Assembly (NCBI GenBank): GCA_938023735.1
Contig: CALJDK010000109.1
Location: forward strand, 11,125-75,124
Reading direction: 5' to 3'
Source: an uncultured Acidimicrobiales bacterium
Lineage (GTDB): Bacteria; Actinomycetota; Acidimicrobiia; Acidimicrobiales; SHLQ01
Length of the DNA: 64,000 nt
In this document: positions 16,998 to 25,828 of the stretch, one piece after another
Position numbering within the stretch: position 1 is the first letter of the stretch
Layout: every line of letters starts with the position of its first letter
Translations under genes and position numbers: made by a program
Notes under the pieces: generated by a model
The model's database searches: none
What the model saw: the letters and a program-made list of their open reading frames with translations, nothing else
Told to the model about the DNA's origin: nothing

Positions 16998-17350
16998 TTC
17001 GATGCCTCCTTGTCTCCGAGTGCTTCAAGCCTGGGCATCGACGGCGACGACACGATGAGTCGATCGAAGTCCTGGCCTTTGAGCTCAATCACATAGCCGC
17101 CATCGCTTCGAGTGGTTGCCACGAAGTCTGTCGCCCCGCTACGACGCCATGTTCCCAAAGCCAGCAGACCCGGAATACCGGTACCCGGTGCTCGGAGCCC
17201 TCGGATCTGTTGGCGAGCACTGGTAACTCGCTCGACGGAGGTAATCGACGAGATCGGCACCGACACCTCTTTGCGTCGCAGCGCCGCAAACTTCTCGAAA
17301 CCCGACAGCTTCACGGTGAGGTGGTGGTCATCGATATGCAGTTCTGCCAT
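16994..17350 (-). CDS. Small hypothetical protein, possibly bacterial PH-like
   Basis: 118 aa from the ATG at 17350 (MAELHIDDHHLTVKLSGFEKF...). Its stop overlaps the amidohydrolase start by 4 nt. No recognisable catalytic motif. Confidence 0.45.
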   Translation of the reverse strand: MAELHIDDHHLTVKLSGFEKFAALRRKEVSVPISSITSVERVTSARQQIRGLRAPGTGIPGLLALGTWRRSGATDFVATTRSDGGYVIELKGQDFDRLIVSSPSMPRLEALGDKEASK

Positions 17351-17514
17351 AGCGCCATCTTCGCCGATGAGGCGGCCGTTTGTCGCCTGCGATCGCAGGG
17401 AAATCACCGCAGTCAAGCCCGCCGGGCGTGGCAGATGACACCGGTTGCAGCGGTCACACAGCTCAAGTTCGAAGCCGTTGGGTTCGTAAACTAAGGGTAA
17501 CGAAGGAGAATCCA

Positions 17515-17922
17515 ATGTTCGGATTTTTGAACCGCACCCCCCAACTTCCTGAGGCTTTCACCGCTGCCCTCGAAGGCGCCTACACCGCCGACGAGATGAC
17601 GCAGATCGACCGCTTCGGAACCATGCTCAACCTCCCCGAAGGCACCCCACTTGCCGTCGAGGGAAACACCGGCCGCGAAGTTTTCCTCATCGTTTCCGGC
17701 GATGCTGACGTTGTGCGCGGTGGCGACACCATCGCCACCGTCGGAGCCGGTGCAGTTGTCGGCGAGTCAGCCGTGCTCACCAACGAGCCCCGCAACGCAA
17801 CGCTGCTGGCCACCAACGACGTCGAAGTTGTCGTCTTCAGTCGCCGCGATTTCAACTCGCTGCTCGCCGCGTGCCCTCAGCTCGAGGTTCGCATGCAAGA
17901 ACTGGCCGACGCCCGCGCATAA
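17515..17922 (+). CDS. Stand-alone cyclic-nucleotide-binding (cNMP/Crp-type) domain protein
   Basis: EGNTGREVFLIVSGDADVVRGG...GAVVGESAVL...RNATLLA beta-barrel motif. An AAGGAGA Shine-Dalgarno sequence lies 6 nt before the ATG at 17515. Confidence 0.6.
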   Translation: MFGFLNRTPQLPEAFTAALEGAYTADEMTQIDRFGTMLNLPEGTPLAVEGNTGREVFLIVSGDADVVRGGDTIATVGAGAVVGESAVLTNEPRNATLLATNDVEVVVFSRRDFNSLLAACPQLEVRMQELADARA

Positions 17923-17947
17923 CTACCTCCACGCTCTTCCCAGGTTC

Positions 17948-20746
17948 TTACTGTTGGCTAGCGGCTGATTCTGAGCGGTCGATTGCTCTGGAGTCGGTGC
18001 CGAGGTAGCTGGCGACGACCAACGGGTTGTTACGGACCTCGTTTGGCTGGCCTTCAGCGATCACCTGGCCGGACTCGAGGCAATACACACGATCCGAGAT
18101 CGACATGATCAACGGCATGTCGTGCTCAATGATGAGAATGCTTGCGTCGAGTTCTTTGCGCAGGTTCAACAGCAGTGGACCGAACGCCTCGGTTTCGCGC
18201 TGGGCCAGACCCGCCGTGGGTTCGTCCATACACAACACCCGTGCATCAAGCGCCAGCAGTCCAGCAAGCTCGACGATCCGACGCGTTCCGGTTGAAAGGT
18301 CGGAAATGTAGGAGTCGGCGTAGCGACCAAGACCGAGGAAGTCGATGAGGTCCGTGGCCTCAGCCTTCTTGCGACGCTCCGCCGCAATGGCATGCGGCAG
18401 AAACAACGCCGTCGACACGAACCCGGTACGCCCGCGGGCTTCCAGCGCCACCTGCACGGTTTCGCGCACGGTGAGTTCGGGGAACAGCGTTGCTGCCTGG
18501 AACGTGCGACCCAATCCGGCTTTCGCTCGTGCGGTGGACGACTTGTTGGTGACGTTGGCACCGCCGATTTCAATAGAGCCCTTCGCCGGCACAAAGCCGC
18601 CGATGGCGTTCATGAGCGTGCTCTTACCCGCGCCGTTGGTTCCGATGAGGCCGACAATTTCGCCATCATCGACGTTCACGCTGACCGAATCGACCGCCCG
18701 GTTACCGCCGAAGGTGACCGAGATGTCGTCGGCCCTAAGCGTTGCCGGGACGCGCTCGCCCTCGCGACGGCTAAGGGTTGCGGGCGGCGTGCTGCTGATC
18801 TTGTTTTCGGTTTCCGGCAGCCGACCTTCGAGCCAGCCGAACAGCGCGTCGCGAAGCGCAAAGCCAATCTGCACCAAACCGCCCGGGAAATAGAGAAGCA
18901 GGAACAGGAGGCCAATGCTTGAGGTGAGCAGCGGAATGAGTTCGTTGTCGGAGAAGATCGTGGCCAGACCCTCAACCCAGAACGCGCCAAGCACCGGACC
19001 AAACAGCGTGCCGAGACCGCCGATGACCGCCATCGACACAACGCGAAGCGACTGGAAACTCACAAAGGCCAGGCCCGATAACGGAACCGTCGACAACGTG
19101 CCAGCCAGGAATGCTCCACCGAGACCAGCCAGCGCACCAGAGAAGGCAAAGGTGGTGAGCCGCGTGCGCATAGCGTTGACGGTGTAGGCAGCCGACGTGT
19201 CGGGGTTATCGCGAACCGCCAGCGTGGTGCGACCGATGCCGCTGTTGCGAATTCGAGCGACGAGCACCATCACCACAATGAGCGATGCCAACGAGAACCA
19301 GTAGTAGTTGCGGTCGTTGACCAGGTCGAGGCCAAGAAAGCTGCCTCGGGGAAACGGTACCGATGAGCGGTTGCCATCGGACACAAAGTCGCGGCGGTAG
19401 ATGTATTGCTGCGCGGCGATACCAAGGGCAAACGTGCTGACGGCAAGGAACAGGCCTTTCACCCGGAGTGCGCCAAGCCCGACCAGCGTGGCTGCCGCGG
19501 CGCCGAAGCCTGCGCCGCCGACAAGTGACAGCACAAACGGAACCCCAGCCCGCTGCAGACCAGCAGCACCGAACGCACCCAGACCAGCCAGGGCCATCTG
19601 ACCGAGCGAGAGTTGGCCCGACCAGCCGGTGATGACGGTTACCGACAGCGCACAGATCGCAAACGCAAGGATGGCCGAGTAGGTGAGCAGCTTGGAGTTG
19701 GCCGACACGAAGGTCGGTACCAGGGCGGCGAGAAACATAATGAAGGCAATCGCCAGAACCGACAGATTACGGATCCACCACTTGTCCCGGAGTGCCGTCG
19801 GGATGGGCTTTACTTTCGGGGCAAACGAGAACGTGGCCTTTTCGTTCTCTTCGCGGCCCTGGAAGTACACGGCAATCATGACGGCCACAAAGATGAGGAA
19901 GTCGACCAGGCCCGCTTGATCGAGGTAGTTGAATTGCACCACCGATTGCGCAACACCGATGAAGATGCCAGCCATGAGAGCTCGGGGGAACGAGACCATC
20001 TTGGCCAGCACCGCCGCGGCCAAGGCGCGAACGAGGGTGTTGGGGCCGATGGCATTGAAACCGGTGAGCGCACCACTGGTGCCCGACAGCAAGATGATGG
20101 AGAGCGTGGCCAGGAATCCGCTGATGCTCCACACCGCGGTAGAGACAAGCTGCGGGCTAATGCCCTGGGTACGGGCAAGGTTGGGGTTGGCGGCCGATGC
20201 CTGCACGGTCTTGCCGAAGGTGGTGCGGTTCATGACCCAACCGAGCACACCGGCAACGATGGGCACAACAACGATGGTGGTGAGTTCGGGCCCCGTCATC
20301 CGCAAACCGGCAACGTCGTCCCACGAACTGCCAACCGGTACAGGGAAGCGGGGTCGACCTTCCTGGGTGATATCGGGCAACGCCTGCACTAACGCCTGCA
20401 TCAGCTGCGCGATACCGATGGTGGCAACCAACAGGATCACTCGAGGCGCGGCAAAGAGTCGGCGAATGACAATGAGTTCGAGGCCCATCGCCAGAGCAGT
20501 ACCCAAGAGCAATGAGATGAACAGTGCCAACCAGTACGGAACGTTCCAGTTGAGCACCAGCAGCGCCATTAGCACCGCGGTGGGGAGACCCATGTTGGCC
20601 ACCGCAAAGTTGATAACGCGGGTCGAGCGGTAGATGAGCACGATGCCCATGCCGAGTAAGCCGAAAACCATGCCGCTGGCGATGCCGTTGTAGATCAGCT
20701 GCGAGGTTGCGCCGATGCCGAAGAGTTCGAAACTGAAGTTGAGCAT
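17948..20746 (-). CDS. ABC importer chain A2: fused LivH-like TMD + LivM-like TMD + LivG-like ATPase
   Basis: LIYRSTRVINFA (LivH block), GWSGQLSLGQMALAGLGAF (LivM block), and a C-terminal NBD with GTNGAGKST, LSTGTRRIVEL and CMDEPTAGLA. The start shares one nucleotide with the upstream stop (TGATG). Confidence 0.85.
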   Translation of the reverse strand: MLNFSFELFGIGATSQLIYNGIASGMVFGLLGMGIVLIYRSTRVINFAVANMGLPTAVLMALLVLNWNVPYWLALFISLLLGTALAMGLELIVIRRLFAAPRVILLVATIGIAQLMQALVQALPDITQEGRPRFPVPVGSSWDDVAGLRMTGPELTTIVVVPIVAGVLGWVMNRTTFGKTVQASAANPNLARTQGISPQLVSTAVWSISGFLATLSIILLSGTSGALTGFNAIGPNTLVRALAAAVLAKMVSFPRALMAGIFIGVAQSVVQFNYLDQAGLVDFLIFVAVMIAVYFQGREENEKATFSFAPKVKPIPTALRDKWWIRNLSVLAIAFIMFLAALVPTFVSANSKLLTYSAILAFAICALSVTVITGWSGQLSLGQMALAGLGAFGAAGLQRAGVPFVLSLVGGAGFGAAAATLVGLGALRVKGLFLAVSTFALGIAAQQYIYRRDFVSDGNRSSVPFPRGSFLGLDLVNDRNYYWFSLASLIVVMVLVARIRNSGIGRTTLAVRDNPDTSAAYTVNAMRTRLTTFAFSGALAGLGGAFLAGTLSTVPLSGLAFVSFQSLRVVSMAVIGGLGTLFGPVLGAFWVEGLATIFSDNELIPLLTSSIGLLFLLLYFPGGLVQIGFALRDALFGWLEGRLPETENKISSTPPATLSRREGERVPATLRADDISVTFGGNRAVDSVSVNVDDGEIVGLIGTNGAGKSTLMNAIGGFVPAKGSIEIGGANVTNKSSTARAKAGLGRTFQAATLFPELTVRETVQVALEARGRTGFVSTALFLPHAIAAERRKKAEATDLIDFLGLGRYADSYISDLSTGTRRIVELAGLLALDARVLCMDEPTAGLAQRETEAFGPLLLNLRKELDASILIIEHDMPLIMSISDRVYCLESGQVIAEGQPNEVRNNPLVVASYLGTDSRAIDRSESAASQQ

Positions 20747-23031
20747 CAGCCGCCCTCGTCGCCAAGGAACACTGCGCGGGCAAGGTCGTCGCGTTCGGCC
20801 AGCTCGGCAGCCGGGCCGGTAAAGCGGACCCGACCCTTCTCGAGGAAGATGGCCCGGTCGGCGATGGCCAGAGCCACGTTGAGCGACTGTTCGACGATAA
20901 TCATCGTCATGCCCTCGGCCTTGAGCTGTTCGATAACGGCCAGCAATCGCTCGACGATCACAGGAGCCAGACCCAGTGACAGCTCGTCGATGATAAGGAT
21001 CTCGGGGTCGTGCAGCAGGGTCATGGCCAACGCCAGAATCTGCTGCTGACCACCCGAGAGCGAGCCGGCGATGTCGTCGCCGCGGTCGGCGAGTTCGGGG
21101 AACAGCTCGAGCACACGAGCGATACGGCGCTCGGCTTCGCCTTCGTCGTTTCGGTACGGGAAGGCGGCCATCTCGAGGTTGTCGTCGATGCTCATGGGCA
21201 GGAAGACGCCCTTGCCGCCCGCGAGCATATGAATGCCAAGACCGTTACGTTGCTCGGCCGAGGTATAGGTGAAGGCCCGCCCGTTGAGGCGCACCACGCC
21301 CCGGCTGGGTGTGCCGAGTCCGGCGACCACGTTGAGGATGGTGGATTTACCGGCGCCGTTGGTACCGAGAAGCGCAACCACCTCGCCCTTCATCACCTCG
21401 AACTCAACGTCGAAGAGCACCTGCACCGGGCCGTACGCGAAGTCGAGGTTGCGCACCTGGATGACCGGCACATCGTCGGGGTCCATCTCGGCCATGCGTT
21501 CGATTTCGTCGCGGTCTTCGATCATCTCTTCAACAGCAAGCGAAATGTCGCGCCGGATAAACCGCGAGCCGTACACGATAAGAAGACCGCCGATGACTGC
21601 TGCCGGTGGAGCCACAACCCACATAGCCGTGCGGTTTCCGTATGAGTCCGACAGCGAACCCACCAGAAGACCGCCGAAGAATCCGCCCATCAGGAAGATG
21701 AAGACTGGAAGGAAGGCGAATGCCAGAGCCCGAATGCGGAACGGCGACACCGCAGCGATGATTGGTGCTGCAGCAACAAACGCCGCCGAGATAGCTGCTT
21801 GGGCGATGGCGATCATCACCACGAGTGTGCCGATGTTCTTGATGGGGAGCGCTATGGCGTAGATGACGCCCGCAAAGATGACGAAATAGCCAGCCAGGCG
21901 CATCATGGCTGGCGGGTCTTCGCGGAACTTCCGATCGAAGAGTTTGCCGACGACGGGAAGGATCGGAATGGAGACGACCCAGATCAGCGACTCGACCACG
22001 CCCCGCTTGAGCGGCCCAAATGCGTACCGGCTTTCCATCAACAGGTTGAACTGCAATGGCACGGCAATGAGGGCAAAACCGAGCACACCAACACCAACCG
22101 CAAGGAAGTAGAAGGCTCGAACCTGCGTGAGCCGGGCAAACGCCTGGCTGATGTTGATGGGTAGCTCGCGATCTTCGACCGCCACTTCGTCCTGTTCGAC
22201 TGCGGTCATCGAGTCGATATCGCCGTCGCCAAAAATGGCCTGCTGGTCGAACTGCCCGCGCTTGGGCTCCTTCAGGGTTATCGACGCCAAGCCGACGAGC
22301 ACTGGTGGAATCGCAAGAATGAAGAATGCCCACCGCCAACCTTCGGTGCCGCCGACTGCGGCGGCGGTTCCACCAACGATGAGTGGGCCTAGGAGCTGAC
22401 CGAGCGGTCGGCCAACACCTTCGAGCGCAAAGATCTGACTGCGGGCCTGCACCGGGTAGGCGTCGGTGAGCAGCGAGTTGGACACCGGAATTCGGTAGGC
22501 CTGACCGGCTCCGGTAAACGCATTGGTGATGAACAACTGGAACGGGTTGGCCACCATGCCGCTCAGGAACATCGCGACGGCCCAAAACAACGACGCGATA
22601 GGAATAATCGCCACCCGCTTGATGCGGTCGGCGATGGCCGCCATGGGCACGGCGCCGAGCACCAGCGCCACACCACCGAAGGACAACACACCGGTAAGTG
22701 CGGTGTCGGAAATACCAAACGTGTTCTGGATATCGGGAGCCACAACCCGGGTGGCTCGGGGGATGTCGTCGATCAGGTTCAACAGGAACATGAACAGGAC
22801 CATCTTGGCCCCGCCCACCCGAATCGCTTCTTTGAGCGACATTGGGTCGTCGCCGACACCCGGCAGGAGATCGTTGGGCAAGATGACGTCGGCAACCAGG
22901 GCCGCTTGCTCTTCCTGACGGCGAGCCTCTTCCTCAAGTACCGATGCCGTCAGCGAGGCGGCCACCGAAGAGGGGGCGGGGTCGACTGAACCGGGCTCGT
23001 CGCCCGGGCCGTTTGCTTCGTTGCTCACCAC
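20746..23031 (-). CDS. ABC importer chain A1: 12-TM MFS-fold domain fused to a LivF-like ATPase
   Basis: The N-terminal ~500 aa show a 6+6 TM pattern, an ADRIKRV loop and GWRWAFFILAIP. The C-terminal NBD carries GTNGAGKST, LSGGQQQ and IIDELSLGLAP. The start is uncertain: GTG at 23031 or 23028 is preferred, because the ORF-track GTG at 23136 lies only 19 bp from the divergent SBP start. Confidence 0.8.
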   Translation of the reverse strand: MVSNEANGPGDEPGSVDPAPSSVAASLTASVLEEEARRQEEQAALVADVILPNDLLPGVGDDPMSLKEAIRVGGAKMVLFMFLLNLIDDIPRATRVVAPDIQNTFGISDTALTGVLSFGGVALVLGAVPMAAIADRIKRVAIIPIASLFWAVAMFLSGMVANPFQLFITNAFTGAGQAYRIPVSNSLLTDAYPVQARSQIFALEGVGRPLGQLLGPLIVGGTAAAVGGTEGWRWAFFILAIPPVLVGLASITLKEPKRGQFDQQAIFGDGDIDSMTAVEQDEVAVEDRELPINISQAFARLTQVRAFYFLAVGVGVLGFALIAVPLQFNLLMESRYAFGPLKRGVVESLIWVVSIPILPVVGKLFDRKFREDPPAMMRLAGYFVIFAGVIYAIALPIKNIGTLVVMIAIAQAAISAAFVAAAPIIAAVSPFRIRALAFAFLPVFIFLMGGFFGGLLVGSLSDSYGNRTAMWVVAPPAAVIGGLLIVYGSRFIRRDISLAVEEMIEDRDEIERMAEMDPDDVPVIQVRNLDFAYGPVQVLFDVEFEVMKGEVVALLGTNGAGKSTILNVVAGLGTPSRGVVRLNGRAFTYTSAEQRNGLGIHMLAGGKGVFLPMSIDDNLEMAAFPYRNDEGEAERRIARVLELFPELADRGDDIAGSLSGGQQQILALAMTLLHDPEILIIDELSLGLAPVIVERLLAVIEQLKAEGMTMIIVEQSLNVALAIADRAIFLEKGRVRFTGPAAELAERDDLARAVFLGDEGG

Positions 23032-23077
23032 TCCCCCATACGCCCTACAGATTGGCTTACGGCGGGGTGCATTCAAA

Positions 23078-23096
23078 ATCTGACGGTCCGTCAGAT
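23078..23096. promoter_or_regulatory. Perfect 9-1-9 palindrome ATCTGACGGTCCGTCAGAT in the divergent promoter of ABC system A
   Basis: Seen in the ~124-bp gap between the MFS-ATPase gene and the SBP gene. It has the same CTGAC-N5-GTCAG core as 7043-7061. Confidence 0.45.
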
Positions 23097-23155
23097 ACGG
23101 TGTGGTGATGGAATGATCCCGGCGGAAAAGAATCACCTATGGAGGGGAACAATCA

Positions 23156-24622
23156 ATGAGCTTGCAAAGCGCATCTCGCCCGGCTCGAAAGGCCGGTGCA
23201 CGTATGAGGTTTTTGGCGATATTGGCGTTTCTCGCCCTTATCGCATCGGCCTGCGGTGGGGGCGAAGTCGCCACCGACGATGACGAACCCGATACCAGCA
23301 CCGACACCGAGGCCCCGGCCGATGACGAACCTGAGCCGGCCGACGAGGAGCCCGCCGACGAACCGGCCGACGAGGAACCGGCCGACGAACCCGATGAAGA
23401 ACCCGCCGAAACGGTTGAGCTCACCGCGTCGTTCCGAGGCGTCACCGAGGACACCATCACCATCGGTGTCACCATGCTCGACTTCGACGACCTCCAAGAG
23501 AAGAACCTCTCGCCACAGGGCTGGGGCGACCAGCAACTCGTGATGCAGACCTATATCGACGACATCAACGCAAACGGTGGCATCAACGGGCGAATGATCG
23601 AACCGATCTATGAGTTCTACACCCCACTTGGCACCACGGTTGCCGCCGAGGTTTGCACCCGTCTCACCAAAGATGAAGAGATCTTCGCCATCGTGGGTGG
23701 TTTCCTCGGCCCAGCCGAAACCGAGAACGTGTGCATCACCGATACCAACAACACAGTGTTGGTCAACGGCGTCCAGACCGCCGAACGGCTCGAGCAGTCG
23801 AAGGCACCATGGATTCAGCCCGGCTCGCTCAACAACCGCCGACTCGAAGCCTTCGTCGACATTCTCGATGGCGACGGTCGGCTCCAGGGCCGAAACGTGG
23901 CAATCATCGGGTCTGTCGAACGCGAAGATGTGTTCGAGGAAGCCATTGAGGTTGTCGAGGCCAAGGGCATCGAGCCCGTGCTCTCGGCCATCAACGACGT
24001 GCCGCAGGGCGACATCGTTGCCGAGAACGCTCGCTGGCAGGTACTCGCCGAGAACCTTCGAGCCGCTAATGCCGACGCTGTCCTGGTCATCGGTAGTGGT
24101 CAGGCTGCAGCCCGAGGCATTTTCGAAAACGGACTCGATATCGAAACCTGGTTCCTCGAGCGCACCGCTCTCGACAACCCGGGCGAGAACACCACGGCTG
24201 AAATGATCGACGGCATCATCACCTCCACGGGTCTTACCAACGATGAGATCTACGAAGAGGCCGGAACCCAGCAGTGCCGCGAGATCTTCTTTGCGGCCAA
24301 CCCGGGAATCGTCGAAGACAAACTCCCCAGCGAGTACGTCGAAGGTGAAGAGCAGTGGTTCAACCCCATTATGAGCTACTGCCGTTGGCTGCAGCTGTTC
24401 ACGCAGGTTGCGACGGCTGCAGGCCCCGACCTCACCCCGGAGACCTTCCTCGCTGCCGCCGAAAGTTTCGGTGACATCACACTGCCTGGCTTGCCGTTCG
24501 CATCGCTCGGCCCAGGAAAGTACGACGCCGACGATTCGTTCCGTCTGTCGGTGTTCGATATGACCATCGGTGAAACCGGCGACCTCACGCCGCTCACCGA
24601 CATCCTCGACGGCACCAGCTAG
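23156..24622 (+). CDS. ABC substrate-binding lipoprotein A (LivJ/Peripla_BP_6-like) with an acidic linker
   Basis: A GGAGGGGA Shine-Dalgarno sequence precedes the ATG. Lipobox LALIASAC, a ~50-aa D/E/P-rich linker, then ITIGVTMLD...DDINANGGINGRMIEP, typical of LivJ-type SBPs. Confidence 0.75.
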   Translation: MSLQSASRPARKAGARMRFLAILAFLALIASACGGGEVATDDDEPDTSTDTEAPADDEPEPADEEPADEPADEEPADEPDEEPAETVELTASFRGVTEDTITIGVTMLDFDDLQEKNLSPQGWGDQQLVMQTYIDDINANGGINGRMIEPIYEFYTPLGTTVAAEVCTRLTKDEEIFAIVGGFLGPAETENVCITDTNNTVLVNGVQTAERLEQSKAPWIQPGSLNNRRLEAFVDILDGDGRLQGRNVAIIGSVEREDVFEEAIEVVEAKGIEPVLSAINDVPQGDIVAENARWQVLAENLRAANADAVLVIGSGQAAARGIFENGLDIETWFLERTALDNPGENTTAEMIDGIITSTGLTNDEIYEEAGTQQCREIFFAANPGIVEDKLPSEYVEGEEQWFNPIMSYCRWLQLFTQVATAAGPDLTPETFLAAAESFGDITLPGLPFASLGPGKYDADDSFRLSVFDMTIGETGDLTPLTDILDGTS

Positions 24623-24640
24623 AGCGACGCGGAAGCCGCA

Positions 24641-25828
24641 ATGCACTCCGAACTTCCCGCCGCCGACGTCATCATCGTCGGCGGCGGGGTGATCGGGTCA
24701 TCGACGGCGTACTGGCTCAACCAGCGGGGGCTGAGCACTACCGTCATTGAACGCCGAAGCACGCTCGGATCGTGGACTACGCCGAACGCCCTTGGCACCA
24801 TCCGTACCCAGTACGGAACACCAACGCTGATCGACCTGGCGCAAGAGAGCCTCGAGTTCTACCAGAATATCGGCGAGCATTTGGGTGTTGACTCGGCCGA
24901 GCTCGGTTGGGCCAACCAGGGGTATCTGTACCTCACCGATAGCGAGGCGCACATCGAGCGCCTTCGTGAATCGATCGACACCTACGCCGAGCTTGGCGTC
25001 ACGTCATCGTCGCTGGTGACCGGCGGCGAACTGCACGACCGCTTCCCGTTTGTCGGCCAGGCGGTCGCTGGCATCTTTCATGCCGACGGGTCGTGGGTCG
25101 ACCCTGCTGCCATCACTTCGGCATGGGCCGGAGCCACCACCAACACCACGTTCGTTACCGACACAACCGCTACCGCCGTCGAACAGGTTGGCCAGGGCTG
25201 GCGGGTCGATACCGACCGGGGCTCGGTCGAAGGCGATGCGGTTGTGCTGTGCACCGGCCCAGCAGCGCCCGCGATGCTGGCCTCCAAAGGGTGCACCCTC
25301 CCCCACAAGATCACGCCCCGGTATCGGGCGTTCATTCCCGACGACGACCCCCACCACGCTGCAGCCCCACTGGTTATCAACATCGCCAACGGCGCCTACT
25401 GGCGCCCGGTACCGGGCGGCGTATGGATCAGTCACGCCAACGTCGACGATCGCCACGTCGAACCGGCCGATGGAGTGGTGGTTCCGCCGGCGTTTCTCGA
25501 CGAGTGCATCAACCAGATTGAACCCGTGTCGCCCCAGCTTGCTGAGACGGCTCGACGCACCGATTCCGGTGAAATCACCTACGCCGGCGGGTTCCAGGTG
25601 TACCCCGGCGACGATGCACCCTTCATCGGTCAGGTACCCGGAGCTCCAGGCCTGTTCACCAACTGCGGCCATTGGGCGGGGGTGATGCTGTCGCCTGCCG
25701 CAGGCCGCTTAGCCGCCGACCTGGTTACCGGCGCAGTGGCGGAGGCCCAGAACTCGTGTCGGCTCACCCGGTTCGACGACGGGCCGGTCGAGCGAAGCTC
25801 CACCAACAAGTTCGGCGGTTGGGGATGA
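24641..25828 (+). CDS. FAD-dependent oxidoreductase (DAO family; sarcosine-oxidase-beta/D-amino-acid-oxidase-like)
   Basis: N-terminal dinucleotide fold DVIIVGGGVIGSSTAYWL. 395 aa. The gene starts 18 bp after the SBP gene. Confidence 0.8.
   Translation: MHSELPAADVIIVGGGVIGSSTAYWLNQRGLSTTVIERRSTLGSWTTPNALGTIRTQYGTPTLIDLAQESLEFYQNIGEHLGVDSAELGWANQGYLYLTDSEAHIERLRESIDTYAELGVTSSSLVTGGELHDRFPFVGQAVAGIFHADGSWVDPAAITSAWAGATTNTTFVTDTTATAVEQVGQGWRVDTDRGSVEGDAVVLCTGPAAPAMLASKGCTLPHKITPRYRAFIPDDDPHHAAAPLVINIANGAYWRPVPGGVWISHANVDDRHVEPADGVVVPPAFLDECINQIEPVSPQLAETARRTDSGEITYAGGFQVYPGDDAPFIGQVPGAPGLFTNCGHWAGVMLSPAAGRLAADLVTGAVAEAQNSCRLTRFDDGPVERSSTNKFGGWG

Noticed and set aside
23032-23136. GTG at 23136 as the start of MFS-ATPase chain A1
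   Set aside because: It would leave only 19 bp to the divergent SBP-A start, which has its own strong Shine-Dalgarno sequence. It would also place the palindromic operator inside the coding sequence. The paralogue B1 begins at the position equivalent to about 23031. The start remains uncertain.
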